Assembly (NCBI GenBank): GCA_030141605.1
Contig: JAQGDQ010000005.1
Location: 744,180-808,179, forward strand
DNA: 64,000 bases
Source of the DNA: Tubiluchus corallicola
Lineage: Eukaryota > Animalia > Priapulida
Reading direction: 5' to 3'
The notes under the pieces are model-generated. The model searched no databases. It was not told the origin of the DNA and worked only from the letters and a program-made list of their open reading frames with translations. Both the position numbers and the translations under genes were made by a program. The number at the start of each line of letters is the position of its first letter. Position 1 is the stretch's first letter. This document shows, piece by piece, positions 1 through 13,642 of this stretch.

Positions 1-53
1 TCTATAAAAAATTATCCACAATTTTCATTGAAATTTGTAAATAGTGGATTTAC

Positions 54-2310
54 CATAAGTACTAAGCTTTACAAAATAACCCGGTGGTGACTTTTTGATA
101 ATAGCTGGCTTTGATTCATCTGGTACATCACCCAGGTTTTCCTTCTCACTCTTTTCCTAGTGTAAAAAAACAGTGAAATACATTGCAAAAGCATTCAAAT
201 TTAACTTCAAAAATTTCAAGTTTTCTGCAAAACTTAACTATGCAGACAAAGCAGTGGTTGATTAAGCCTCAAGGAATACTAGAGTGGTTTATCAGTTAGA
301 GATAAGGGTGAAGTAGTAATGCATCTGAACCATCAATGCTCTCATGGACAAATTTTCCACTCATTTGAAATGAAAAAATCATGGTGATGATGAGAAATGA
401 TCTATTTTAGCAGTCAAATTCTCGCCTTTTCAGTATGGATTTCATTTAGATTTTTTATACGATTTCGTACTTTGCAACCTATAGTTAAGCGCACAGTAAC
501 ATGGCCTACCCAATGTAGAAAGTTATAACAGGCCAGAACTTAACTATCTCACCTTGAATGATAATCATCTCTAACAAACCAAAAGAGGCCAACATACATA
601 TCTCAGCCACATTCACATCTATGTAGTTATACAACCAACCCTCAGCAAGGTGAATACGTGTGGATAGTATGGAAGGCGAAACTGCCCAAAGCCAGTATTG
701 ATCTTTGTGAGTTGGCGGTCACTATGTTCTGTTCACTGATGAGAGTCAGCATTGTTTAACTTCAATCGTCTAACTCACACAATAACAAATTCGATATTCG
801 CCTCGGGCAAAATATTTCAGGTAACATAGCTTACTGGTACAAAGACCATCATTAGTAACCAATACTGAAATTATGACTGGCATTTTTAAATTTGCATAGC
901 TACAAAGTTTCATTTGGATTATTGGAACAGAAAGACATTTAAACAAATTTACCATTTAAAAGCACCAAAATAACTGAAGTTTCAAAGTACTAATATCTAA
1001 GCAATATAATAAAAAAAATAATTAAGTGTCAGCTAACAAAAACTCGAGCCAGTAGAAAACATAAATTTATGGAATGCCATTCAAACATACTGACTCGCAA
1101 AAATTTATCAATTCAAAATCATATTGGAACAATAACATTTACACTCACTGACATTTAAATAACTAAAATCACCTATAGCTCAATGAAATATTTTTATATA
1201 CAATAACAGCATGAATTACCTTGTGTTGAGAGATTTCCGTCTCTAATTTCTGTATACAAGATGCAAGCAAACTTCTAACTCTGCTTCTCGAAGCACTATC
1301 CAATAGCCTCTTAAGTTCGGTAACATCCTGAGTCAACTGGAAAAAATCAAATCATGATATGCAAGCAAACTTGTAACTCTGCTTCTCGAAGCACTATTCA
1401 ATAGCCTCTTAAGTTTGGTAACATCCTGAGTCAAATGAAAAAAATCAAATCATGATATCAAATCAATGGTGACTGCTAGACCATTAAAAAAACTAGGTTA
1501 ATATTAACTATTTGTCAACCAAGTATCTGTTAACTGGTCACTTCATGTGTTGATTTATAATACAAATACATGTACTTACAAGCCCACAATGGACATTCGT
1601 AAACTTTTGTGATAAATAAATAGACGCTGACTAGTAATAATAAGAGATAAAAAACACTAATCTGTGATCAGTTATCATTGTGACTGGTGGTATAATGAGC
1701 AGGTTATTCACATTATTCTCTAACATCATGCAGGAAAAATAAGTGAAAATTGCAATAAATCTTTTACAGTTTTTATTTTATTTTACAGATTTTGTTATAA
1801 AATTACATCTTATACAAATGTAAGTTATGGTAAATTTGGCGGTACACTAGGTTCTGTGGTTCAACAAAACTTCAGTAAATAGTGACAACATAGAACTGCT
1901 CATGACTGACTAGTTACCAAAAACTCACACACTCACGCATTAAGCAAACTGTAGTTTCACTGATATTCGTGATCCATATAAGAATGTGAAATTTTCGGAA
2001 ATATGGAATAATTTTGAATTCTGTAAATATGACTCACACCAATGTACTATAAAATAAATTTGTGGTGCACCATAATGACAGCATCCCCAATGAATCATTT
2101 TTGTTAAATGTACAGGCGTCCTACTTGACATATAATATGTTACTTTTATGTAGCAGTCTAGAGTAACTGGGAGCTGCAGCAGCTAAATTGTATAGAGTAC
2201 AAATATTAACTATGTAAGCTATTCTGAGGATTAATCACAGGGTAATCTAACTATTCTATGATCTTCATTATTAATCTTCGTACCTCTTCCAATGAAGTTG
2301 CAGATGCCAT
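54..2310 (-). CDS. CACYBP: Calcyclin-binding protein / Siah-interacting protein, 5' part (continues beyond left edge)
   Basis: Coding exons 2310-2284 (MASATSLEE), 1336-1220 (LTQDVTELKRLLDSASRSRVRSLLASCIQKLETEISQHK) and 156-54 (EKSEKENLGDVPDESKPAIIKKSPPGYFVKLSTY-G) are all GT-AG with compatible phases 0,0,1. They match the CACYBP N-terminus (MASEE|LQKDLEEVKVLL...ATRKRVR...GYTVKISNYG). An acceptor at 2327-2328 implies an upstream non-coding exon; candidate donor at 3367-3368. Confidence 0.88.
370..770 (+). mobile_element. Degenerate Tc1-like transposase fragment in CACYBP intron
   Basis: 720-764 reads HYVLFTDESQHCLTS, resembling the Tc1 first catalytic Asp motif (W..VLF[ST]DESRF.L). Flanks are frameshifted and the boundaries are approximate. 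Confidence 0.45.
1261..1458. repeat. 98-bp tandem duplication of part of a CACYBP exon and its acceptor
   Basis: Copies start at 1261 and 1359 (atgcaagcaaactt...aaatcatgatat), with about 5 mismatches. Confidence 0.95.
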
Positions 2311-2580
2311 TCCACAAAATGTACAACTGAAAATAAGCTAGAAAATTTGAAAAAAGGTTATCAATAAATAAGCACAAGAAAAAACAATGTAGCAAAATTT
2401 TCAAATAAGCCAGTGGAAAGCAGAACAAGAATAACAAACTAGTAAAGGAATTGCAGATTTCTCACGGAAAACACGATAATATTTCATATCCTACCCAATT
2501 TTGAAGTACGATAAAAATGTTATGTTTCAATATGTACAATAATGCCAAAGTGTTTCTGATAATTAAATAATAAGTAAAAA

Positions 2581-2965
2581 CCTAATTAATGGTGTGGGAG
2601 TCTAGCTAGTGGTGAACACCAGGAGTGAACATCACTTTCAACAGCACAAAATTCTCCAAGGACATGTTGCATGTGTTTACGAAAACGAAAATTGAAGTAC
2701 AGTGCTACTGACAGTGTCAATTTAAATTTTAAATTTATCGCTGTGCTCATAAGATGAACAACATATGAATTGAGAACTACAGAGCCTGTTTTGTGTAATG
2801 GATTTCCAAGGTGCAGGCGCTAGTTCCACCTTGCTAATGAATGACAAAATGCATGTAAAAGCAAAGACCTAGCTGACTGAATGCAAAATTAGGCTCTGTA
2901 ATAATAATTCTTCCACATAACTTGAGTCATTCTTGAAAAACAATATGATCCCTTTCAATATTTCA
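2581..2965 (+). repeat. Interspersed repeat, copy A (related copy at about 16438-16885)
   Basis: Collinear shared blocks: taattaatggtg, cgaaaattgaagtacag.gctactg, aaattta.cgctg..ctcat, tgcaggc.ctagt, taataattctt, agtcattctt.aaaaa, cctttca.tattt. Confidence 0.8.
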
Positions 2966-3789
2966 TAGATTACATTGTTTGGAGCTATAGCTTACAAGGC
3001 GAAAATTCAGCATTTTTTCTACTAAGAATAGGGAAAGGCAACTAAAAAATCTGTTTGTCCCGCTTTTTTCAAAGCGTACAGAGAATCCTATATAACATAA
3101 CTTTTGTACAGCAATTTGACAACATTACACTTAAATTTTTCTGCCTAATCTGTACTTAATTTATTAATCCCACAGAAAAAGTAACGAACCAACACCGAGT
3201 ATGACACAGTAACGAATGAATGATGTAATGACTAATGTACACTGTATCAATATGATCCCTAGCCACATTTGAACTAAATTTATTACTTTTTTAGTTTAAA
3301 TCAAATTTAAAGTTCTAAAATTAAAAGAAAATTAACCTATCCCAAGTTAATTAGTATATCCAAAATACCTTTACAACTAACTTCTGACTTCGCACAGCAC
3401 GTTACACTAGTACACTACAGCTAGAGCGCCCTGACAAAAGAGGAAAGAAAAACTGCATGACTTGACAGGCTTTTAAATCATTTTGCGTTTATTTATAGTA
3501 CGGTTTGATGTCGCCGTGGCTGTGAAGAGGACTTGACCATAACGACTAAGGTCAGAGAATATAATATTGCAGAATAATGACTGCTGTGTTTATTGAAACA
3601 CTAACATTCATATCAAAAAATTTTTGAACCCGAAACAGGATCATTTCTTACATAACACAATGCTGACGGCGGGTACAGCATATAAACGTAGATATAGACA
3701 TTTTATTTATCCCCTCATTTACACCAAAATACAAATAGGCTATTATTGCTATAGCTATTAATTAATCAGGACAAATGATACATGAAGGA

Positions 3790-4450
3790 AAGAGTTAACA
3801 GAGTGCAGGAAAAAGGTAGTGAAAGACCAATTGGTCATCAACAGGAAACAGATTTAGGCATTATATTTTCATCTAATATGAGACCCGCAACGCATATTTC
3901 AAACAAAGTTAAAAAAGCAATTGCCATTGTGGGAATGATTCACAGAATGTTCTGTGACAGGCATGCAAGCATTATAATTACCCTTTATAAATCCAAAGTT
4001 TGCTCAATCCTGAAATAATTATGATAGCATGGTTTGGAACCCACATTATGTGAAAGGAACAGGTTTGATCGAGGCTGTCCAGAAAAAAACCACTCAGATG
4101 GTGTTTGGAATGCAAGCCTTACCATACTGTGATCAGTTACGTCAACGAAAATTACAAATGCTTACTACTATAGAAGAGCACATGCTGATTTAATCCAAGT
4201 CTTCAAGTTTGTAAAGGACATTGACAAGGTTGACTGTGGAAACTTCTTCGAGTTCCAAAATTCAAATATGTTATCAAGGCCCCACATCGTAGGTCATCAT
4301 ATGTAGATAAGCAAGAAACGGGTTAATCTGGGTCTAAGAAAATTCTTTTTTAGTCAAAAAATGGTGAATGCTTGGAATGAGCTTCCGCAGGCAGCAGTAG
4401 ATGCATCTACACTGAACCAATTTAAGGGCACTGTCCAATATTATGTAAAT
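3790..4450 (+). mobile_element. 5'-truncated, decayed CR1/L2-type LINE (3' end of ORF2 reverse transcriptase)
   Basis: Motifs ETDLGIIFSSNM, LYKS, VWNPHY...IEAVQKKTTQMV, RRAHADLIQVFK and RKFFFSQKMVNAWNELP occur in order, interrupted by stops and frameshifts. Confidence 0.88.
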
Positions 4451-4562
4451 AGGTTAGAACAGCAAAACATTGAATTGCTACATGATAAAGCTTTTTGTAA
4501 ACACTGATGCAGCCTTGTATGCTGAAGTTACTATTTTGCTCTAATAGCTCAGTCCTAAAACT

Positions 4563-4565
<3 letters not shown>

Positions 4566-4597
<32 letters not shown>
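4566..4597. repeat. (TA)n microsatellite
   Basis: Perfect TA run. Confidence 0.95.
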
Positions 4598-4601
<4 letters not shown>

Positions 4602-5018
4602 ACTGTGTTTACATACATAGTAAATATAGTATACTAAGTCATTTATGTTTTCTAAGTGTTGTGCTAGCGCCACAAATAACAGTGCTTAAATAGAAGTGTG
4701 CATGATGTCACTCTGAAGGGTTATTACGCATCTTGGCTATCTATATCTGAAAGAAAGTTGGGAACTACCATACCTTCCTATACAAACTAGAAAATTTGAA
4801 AAATGTCATCAATAAGCCCAAAAAACATTACAGTAAACTTTTCAATCAAACCTAAGTAATATTACTAACATTACTTACTATTGATTCCAGATTTTAAGGA
4901 TCTGCTCTGTGTCATTTTATCTATTGAGTTTAACTTGTAAATGTATCTAACTTGTAACCATAAATTATTTCGTTGCCCTACAGGACTATTGGGACAACTA
5001 CATGTAAAGTGTTGCATA

Positions 5019-5022
<4 letters not shown>

Positions 5023-5053
<31 letters not shown>
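5023..5053. repeat. (TA)n microsatellite
   Basis: Perfect TA run. Confidence 0.95.
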
Positions 5054-5056
<3 letters not shown>

Positions 5057-5328
5057 CATGGGCCCAGGAAGGATGTGATTAAATATTATTGACTTTAGGG
5101 TTAGATAGCACTAGCAGTTTAATTTAGAATTTAGCTAAGTTTAAATTGCAGTGCCATAACTTAAGCAACAGTCTTGAAGTCTTGAATAATATTCTTCTAA
5201 AAATCTTTAGTGCCATACTAGAAGTTTGGGGTTCGCATGGTTAGTATAAATGCTGAGCAAAGCAACTCGCTAATTTGGGTGGTATTAGAGGTTATGAAAA
5301 GAGGTGAAACAGGCAAAACAAACATAGT

Positions 5329-5483
5329 GGGCGCGGGTTAAAAACACAGTTAGATTTACAGGTGGGATAAAATTTTATATCACTTGTAAATTCAAATGCA
5401 TGTTTTCGACATATTAGACTAAGATATCCGTGGTCTGCACAAGTACTCAAGCGGTGCGTTTGGTAATCCCAGACTTTATAAAA
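5329..5483 (+). promoter_or_regulatory. Candidate core promoter of V-ATPase G gene
   Basis: GC-box-like gggcgcggg at 5329-5337 and TATAAAA at 5477-5483, about 55 nt before the ATG. Motif evidence only. Confidence 0.3.
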
Positions 5484-5538
5484 CGTATATGGTAGATTTA
5501 ATTTGTTATTTGCTTGTATGAGAACATTTTCGGTTTAA

Positions 5539-8500
5539 ATGGCAAGCCAGTCAACAGGTATTCAACAGCTTTTAATAGCTGAGAAAAAGGCAGCTGAAAA
5601 GGTTGCAGAGGCTCGCAAAAGTATGTCTATTTTTATTTGCTATAAGTCCTTTTGTAAGAAATTTTTTGTGTTATTTAAGTTAATTAAAAAATTTACTAGG
5701 TCTCGAGGAATTACAGTCATTATTAATCGTGCCAATGAATTAGTAAAAACCAGGGAACAAGTCGACTTACATTCACATGAGATTTCCAAATAAAAGGCAA
5801 ACAAAATGCTTTTGATAGTGAAAAAGTTTTGCAACAACAGGACGGTCTTAGAAGAAACAGGAAAGTTCTTAATTATAATTTTATGTAAATTTGAGTAATT
5901 AGGCCGATTGTCATTCCGACTGGCCTTATTATCTGAATGATTTTAAATCGAGAAAGAGCATCCAAAAGCAGAGGCACTAACTCTGTGTTGTGTCAAAGGG
6001 CATGGCGTTTATATACTGTGGGAGGTCACAAAGATTTAAAAGAAGTTTCATACCACTGCAATGCATAGGTTAAGAGGCGACTGACTGCAAACTTTTTAGA
6101 TAAGAAATGGTAATGACATTGTTAGCAATAAAAACAATGTTATTTGTAGTGTTTCCATGAGGTACTCTGGTACTTTCCCACAGTGTTTATTACCCGAGTC
6201 TGATATTTCTACTTGGTTCCGACAGTGAAAGTGCAGACAGTATTATTATTAAGACTAGGCAAAGCCCGCAAAAAGGATTTTGGGCATAAATGAGCACACA
6301 ACTCACACTACACCACCCACACCATACCACCCCACCACACTACACCACCCACACTTGCCACACTACTCACACACCACACTATTAACACCACACCACCCAC
6401 ACCCTACCACCCACTCCACCAACAGCACACACACCCTACTTTACCACCCCACCACAATCATCCACAGCACAGCCACACCACACACAACCCACACCAGATC
6501 AAATCCACCACCTCACGTGGTGATCATGATGTTGATGACGATGATGATGGCGGCAACGATGACGACACCAACAGCAGAGCATCACAGCAAAACCATTCAA
6601 AATATTTTGCACAAAGTCGAAACAATGTGCTATAGCAAATGCTCTTAAACCTATCTACCAATGATCAATAATGCACGGACATTCAACATAGTTTTGTTTT
6701 GCTGCTTCTCAGATGATAACAAGCTAACAGAACCTATTTATACGTACAATCTATAACATTGTAGAATGACGGGTGGAGACAATGCCTAGAACATGTGCGA
6801 AATTTCTCAAACTCAAAGACAATGGATGTTCCAAACAGCATGCTGCACAGGGGGTAGCAAAAGAACTTCGAAATATACCCCTCCCGTTTCGCCCAGTATC
6901 TTCTCTCCTAGTGAAACCACTGGCACCGCCCTCAGCAGGTTTCCATTCTCTAGAAATAAGAGGTATAAGTTTTGCAATTTTTTGCAAAAAACGGTCAGAA
7001 AAGGGCGTTTTTTGGAGGTTTTTCGGCCCCTGTTCCACCCGGTGTGCCCGATTCGAAAAATAAACCCCGATGTGTGAACCCTTAGGTGGAGAACTTTCAT
7101 TTAACACATATATCGTCGAAAATGGTGCCGTCGTCGGAGCGGTAGCCTCATCGGTTTTATATGTATATATATATACCAGCGAAATTAATATATAGACTAG
7201 CAAAGGCCCCGCAAGAAATTTTGCGTATAAATACATTTATAATCAATAATACGCGAACATCCTACATAGTCGGCATTTATAACGCAAAGCCAGTAGCAGC
7301 TTTTACTGAATTAAAGCTATAAGGTTATAAGCAGAGTATAATGGATGACGTCACAACAATTGCGTTGCGTCAGCAGTTTTCCAAGCGAAAATCACGCGAA
7401 ATGGAACATCTAATTAACTCGTCGCCACTCCTCTTGGTGGATGTGTCCTAAAATATAGCCCACACCATCATGTAGCCCTGTTCTGCTTCTTTCTAAAGAG
7501 CTATATATCTCCTTTCGAGAGTCCCACCAGGCGCCGCTAGAACGTTTTTTCTGCAGGCTGTTTGGTCAAAATTTCGAAAAAATCTGGAGTTGAGTCCGGG
7601 AAAACGCCCGTTACGGGACGTCGTGGCCTTCTCTCGGAATATAAATATGCCTACTACACCCACCGTTGAACGGACTATCTATCCATAGCAAGCACCACCC
7701 AAGCATATCCATTATTTAAAAATTTATTTAAAATTTAAATACTGCTTTCTGTGGTACACGTGTACTGTACAATAGCTACCTACTGGCAGACTATTAACAA
7801 CTGCCTTGGCATACTACCAGCCTGCACTCAAACACACGAAACTTAGTCTAAAGTTAATAAATTATTAGTCATTATTATTTTGAACTACTGTATAACAGTG
7901 TACTTCGGCATTAATAAGCCAGCAGTAACTATATATCTGTATCAGTTGCAAGCACATGACAGGTCAAACCATTTGAAAGGGTGACTTACAAAACTTTACT
8001 AAAACAAACTGTAATTCCTTTACAAAAAGGTTAATTGTTCGAAATGCTTTATTAACATTTAAAAAGCTTTTAGGTCACTAACTGTGATACTAACAAATGG
8101 ATTGTTAAGTTTAACAACACACAAAAATACGATAGATTCTTATAATCCCTACACTCTAGCTGATTCGTTCTTAAAGCGTAAAACACAAGTAATTAAGAAG
8201 TCTGAGAGATAAAGTGGTGTGGTGGCAAAACACTAACTTTTGTGACTTATACCTCATGTTCAGCTCCTAAGCGTGTAATAACTGAATGTTTATTGCTAAG
8301 ATAACACAGTTAGTTAAAATGCACCAGTGATTGTTCTTATTTGTGAATGATTACAGTTTCCTCACTGCCACTGAATTTTAACAATCGGGTATCCATCTGG
8401 TATAAGGAATAGGGTACTCGAGTCTGATTTTTACCTGTGTAAACATTACTGTCTGAATATGAGATCTAATATGAGTTAAAAGGCAGTCTGATGTAGTCAG

Positions 8501-10547
8501 ATCCAAATTAAATTTAAAACTGATAAAGGGCAATGACCATGTTTCTTCATTATAACTCTCTTGTGTTATAAATTTCTCTCGTTAAATGTTTTTGCTTTTT
8601 TTTTAAAAATCGTTGCAAATGTGTCATCCTGCTCGAATACTTTATTAGAATTTCCCACTTCAATCAGTAGTTATGGATTTTAATCTTTGCATTTCCAATT
8701 GTTTTTCGTTTTCACAGACCTTCTATGTGGCGTGTCCCTAATATAGCTTATCATGCATGAGAGTTCTCAGTAGACGGGCATAGTTGCCTCGATGTGATCG
8801 AAAAAGGTGGAGACTGAATTGAATTGATTTCAATTCAATTTTGAATTGACACAGAATTTTTACTTAAAATACTACTAAATCTCTGTCAAAATATACGTAG
8901 CAATTATCATAATTTATAGAGTATGAAGGTTATTAACACAGGTGATATCATACGGGTCTAAATAAAACTGTTGTGGTGTTAGTGATTACTGTTATCTGAT
9001 ACCATCTTAATCATCATAATTTATATGGCTGTGTAGGCAGATTGCAACACGAGTTGTTATAGACACATTTTTAAAAATTGTAAAAATTCCAAATCTGCTA
9101 CGATTGACCCCAAAATTTATAAACTAACATACGGTAGTGCAACGTGACATATGGTTAAAGCTATTCATAACTTGTCACAGGAGTGTACTGATTCCGTGTG
9201 CCGCTGCTGCTAATTCTAATTACTTACCGTGAAGCCACCAATGATTTCTCAGGCGCGCCGGCGTGGAAAAGTGTACATTGGTACACATAACTATCTTAGA
9301 CCTTTGTTTTAAATGCATTTTTATGATGTTTTATACTGTGTCCCGGTACTTAAATGCTACCAATCAATGAAATTTGTGTAGTTGTATATAAATGCATATA
9401 TGATTCTGAAAATAAACCTTTTTTGTATACATTGTTATGTATAGTTTAATTTGACCACACTGAAGCAGTTGTGTAAATTAGTGTCAAAAATGGTATTTGT
9501 GATAGTTTATCTTTCTGTTCAGGAAAAGCAAGACGTCTGAAACAAGCAAAAGAGGAAGCACAAGCAGAAATTGAGGCTTATAGAAAGGAGAGGGAAAGGA
9601 GCTTTAAAGAGTATGAATCACAGGTTAGTTTGCAATTTTGTAGCATTTTAAATTTTGTAATGTGCCAGTGGCACTTCGTTAGTGTGCACAATAGAGTACC
9701 TTAATCATGCTGTATGAATTTGCAAACTCCAGCAACAGGTGGAGCCTTTTAACAGGCAACAAATTTCTCCATAAAATAGTTTTTACTTTAGCTGCACCTC
9801 AGCCCACCTGCAGATGTGTATATGATTTGCAGACCAAGTAATTATGATAATACAAGTGCATGTGAAAATTAGTGTTTCTTGTAGAATACAGACAAATAAT
9901 TTGTAGTCTAGTTAATGCAAAATCTGAATGTTTTGGTGTGCTTTCCTATCTATTATGTTATGCAAAACAGTGATGGCTAAACTTGAAATTTTGTGAAATA
10001 TTTGTAGAGATTGTTGGCTTTGAAATGGAAATACAATTTGTAAATTGTGTAGTGTACTTTCTTTTTTAACGTATTTACTGTGTTGATGCCAGCTTTTTTA
10101 CTTTAGTGTGTACTTCGTGTAAAGTTAGTGTGAACTTTATTAGCTGTGCAAAAACATTGGGATTCGGAAACCGATTCAAGTTCTGTAATTGAAAGACGAT
10201 GATTCAGTTGAAATTGATACTGACACCTTCTTGACACTGCACGCACAGCATACAATTTTAGTAAACTCTACAAGTGCATTAAAATGTTTTGACCAATTGG
10301 GCTAATTTTTAGTAATTGTTAACCAATATCTTCAACATTGCCTGATATTTAGTTTTCACTTTTTCTGTAGCATGTTGGTTCGAGAGATGATACAGCAACT
10401 TTAATAGAAGATCGTACCAAACAACGAATTACAGACATGAACAGAAAAGTAGCGGCAAAACAAGAAGTTGTACTGAAGAATATTCTAGATTTGGTGTATG
10501 ACATAAAACCAGAACTTCATCAAAACTATACATTAGGCTCAAAATAG
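5539..10547 (+). CDS. ATP6V1G: V-type proton ATPase subunit G (119 aa)
   Basis: Exons 5539-5620, 9523-9623 and 10371-10547 (82+101+177=360 nt, GT-AG). Protein: [52 protein letters not shown]...[26 protein letters not shown] at 10940-10945. Confidence 0.97.
6255..7175 (-). mobile_element. Non-autonomous Helitron-like element with CA-rich low-complexity interior
   Basis: On the minus strand an imperfect hairpin (gccc...gggc, 6264-6285) precedes CTAG (6255-6258) plus a flanking T. The other end, near 7175, reads TATATATACATATAAAA like Helitron 5' ends. Confidence 0.55.
6295..6570 (+). repeat. CA/CAC-rich low-complexity tract followed by (GAT/GAC)n
   Basis: Degenerate caccacac units, then gatgatgttgatgacgatgatgatg. 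Confidence 0.85.
7197..7700 (-). mobile_element. Second related Helitron-like element (3' end clear, 5' end uncertain)
   Basis: gactagcaaaggccccgcaagaaattttgcgtataaat resembles 6253-6291. Hairpin cgcaa-6nt-ttgcg at 7210-7225 lies next to CTAG at 7197-7200. Confidence 0.5.
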
Positions 10548-12515
10548 ATACTTTGTGTATATATAAACATACATTCCATGGAATGTACAAATGTAATGGG
10601 CAAAAAATACACATAGATATTACCAAAAGTTATAGAATAGTCCAGTCCTTGCAAGTCCTGTAATTTCGTGTGAAACTTTCCATTTGTTAGATGCACATTT
10701 TGGCAGGTGTATGAGGCTTTAAATTTTTAATAGCATATTGGAAAAAATTTTAAATCTGTCAATATGCAGTCTCATATGAAAGTGATATTTTTTCCATTGA
10801 ACATTCTATGACTAAAAGGTGAACGTGCAAGACTATAGTCTGGTATTATAAGTTTCTGTTATTTTGTTACACATATAATATATATTGTTGTACTAATAAT
10901 TGTATAGCCGAGGGTAATAACGTAGAATTGTGTCTAGGTAATAAACTATTTGTTTAACCCGACCAGCGAAAATGTTGCAACAACTTACTGTCCACGTCTT
11001 TGGTTTATATTTCACTTTTTATTTAGACTGTGACTTATGTCCAAGTTGGTATTGTTTAATTTGCCTTTCTGTAATAAGTTTTTTTAAGTTAGTTATAATT
11101 ACAAGAACAATGCTGCTAGAAAACTGTAATCGATACAAGTTACCACCATAAAATGCAACTATTTGTAGGTAAGCTGGATGCTACTAAATTTGCCCTATAA
11201 AACTAATCAATTATTTTTGCATTTCTACAGTGCAAAACATTAACTTTACATAAATGTGATAATTTCTTTTTTATCTTGCTCATTTTAATATTATTGAATG
11301 GTGGTGCTATTGGCAACTCTTCAAGTTTGAGTAGCTGTAAGTTCTGCAATTCGATAACTGGGTACATGCTCTTTCGTCTGTTCAATGCACTTATCGGTTT
11401 CTTTATTAAATATTTTAGTATTTGTAGCTTCAGAAACTCTGTGGACAATTTCTGTAAATTAATAATAATATACATTGCTAGATATTAATGTGTATCTCCC
11501 AGTTAAATAGGAGCAGTTTTTGCACCACTGTATTTGTAGCTTAAGCTGTTGCCAGTTTGTCTGAGAGCTGAACATGAAAAAACTTTCTGAGCAGCATTTA
11601 TATGACTGTGTACTTTCTCTATTTTGTGTAGAAGACAACATGCTGGAAATTTATGTTAAATGCTCTGTAGTTACCTGAGAAAATAATAAATGTTGAGAAC
11701 CAATTGATTACAAATTTATGACGTCTTATTCATTCAATCCGTTTAGCACTCTGAAGGCATTTGTAATATCAAGCCTAAAATCATACTTTTGTCCAAACAT
11801 ACTTCAATGTACTGTATGTGATTGATAAAAAATATTAGTAACAAGGTACAGCGTATGAAAGTTTTAGTGTGACTGATATCTCACATTATGCTGCTTTCTT
11901 ATCGCTGTGATAAAATTTTCTGTTTTTGAGCGTTTTTTAATGGAATGCCTTATTGTCAGGTTGCTTTTTATAGCTCAGTTAATGCTTTTGACAACAAAGA
12001 GTGAGCATTTTTACATTTTTCAAAGGATAAAATTAGTTTAAACAGTATTAATTTTATTTACAAATTGAAAATATGTATATTATTGAACTGAAAAGCAGAA
12101 AATATAGGAATTGTTAATAGGATGTGCTAACAGGTTCAAAGGAACCTGTATTAGACCATCTGACACACATAGGATAAAGTAAGATAAAATCTATCTTCTG
12201 CAAGGGCAAAATTCTAAAAGAACAATGGATTTTAGGTGTGATCAGCGAGAAAATAACTGGACATCTACGCCTATGCAGAGTTTGTTCCCTGCACAGAATA
12301 GGAATATGCTATGTAGATTTACGCAGAACATTATCAAATTTACATAGTATATTATTATCCCACAGTTCCTGCTCTTTACTGATGATGGTTTTGAATTTGA
12401 GCAGACAAGGTATACTGTCTAACTTAATTAATGTCAGATTTGAAAGAAAAGGAAACCTGCAGCTGTTTCTTTGGCTCTGTGGTTGAGTATTAAACACAGA
12501 TAACCATTGAAATTA

Positions 12516-12685
12516 CAGTCAAACCTCTTTATATTGCTTACTTTGGGACTGCAAAAAAGTTAGCATACAATTTTGGTATTATAACTAGGTGCATTAATAC
12601 ATAAAAGTCTGTGCAAACATAGACATTTTGCATTGCTAAACATTTGGGCGTTAAGCGAGGGAGGCACTATCAAGAGGTTTGACTG
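12516..12685. mobile_element. Tc1/mariner (pogo/Tigger-like) MITE, 170 bp
   Basis: Perfect 14-bp TIRs cagtcaaacctctt / aagaggtttgactg. TA on the left flank and CA (mutated TA) on the right. Confidence 0.85.
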
Positions 12686-13642
12686 CACAATCATTTCATT
12701 TGCAAAAAAGCAGTAAACTAAGTCTAGCTAGAAACTGAAGGCTCAGATAAGTTAGTATGGCTTTATCTGAAAAGGTATGGTGAGTTACAATTCACAGTAA
12801 TAATGTTTGCAATAGTAATACTAAAACAATTATCATCATTGCAAAAATTGCTCAGTAACTATAATCACAATTACATATATTTTCCATGAAATTCAGCCAA
12901 GAATGTTATTACTGTGCATGTATTAACCCAGAAAGTTGTGGCTAGCAGCTTATTTGCAGATCACAGATTTGACTTGCAGGAGTATACAGTACACTATTGT
13001 TCATACAGCCTAATGGAACACCACACAGTTACAGTTTTATAGTAAGTAAACTGATTGCCTTCTTACTTGCATTGCGAGATTATTTTTACTTATCTGTGAT
13101 GTGTAGCCCAGTGTAATTTATGTAAATTTAGCAAGAAAAATTCTGATAACACTAGTATTTTATTTTTGTTTTACCACATATGCACATTCTTTGTTAAATC
13201 TGCTAGAAATACTAGTGGCATTAGGTTAAAATTAATACAGCCTATTTTTGCCTGTACAAAACTGTTCATGAGTTTTTACATACAATACGGTTATCGGCGA
13301 TGCCTAGATTACATTTTGACGTTAAATCATATTTTGCCTTTAATGCAAGTTTATAGTTTACTGATAATAATGCACACAGTACTTTACTCATATTTCGATC
13401 TGCACATGTAAAACTTCATATTAAGCCGTAGTTTGAACAAGGCTGACTTTACACAAACTTTCATTTCTCACAGGTAGTTTCAATTTTAATGTGCTCAACT
13501 TCCACCTTGGCTGCCATCACAAGCATTCAGAAACTTCAAAGTTAAAAAACTAGTTGCAAGTGTCTCAGTGTCTAGAAGACTCTCTCAAGAGCCGTCACAT
13601 TCTTGAATGTGATTCACTTAATCTTTAGCAGCTATAACTTTG

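Noticed and set aside
1579-1596. ATG with GTAAGT donor as CACYBP first exon
   Set aside because: Wrong phase; 2284-2310 fits both phase and homology.
5621-5793. C-terminal part of the 84-aa ORF at 5539
   Set aside because: Read-through into intron 1; the real exon ends at 5620.
6280-6648. 122-aa His/Thr/Pro-rich ORF
   Set aside because: Translation of a CA-rich low-complexity tract in a repeat, with a non-ATG start.
6751-7236. Four overlapping ORFs on both strands
   Set aside because: GC-richer repeat interior; no recognisable domain or splice structure.
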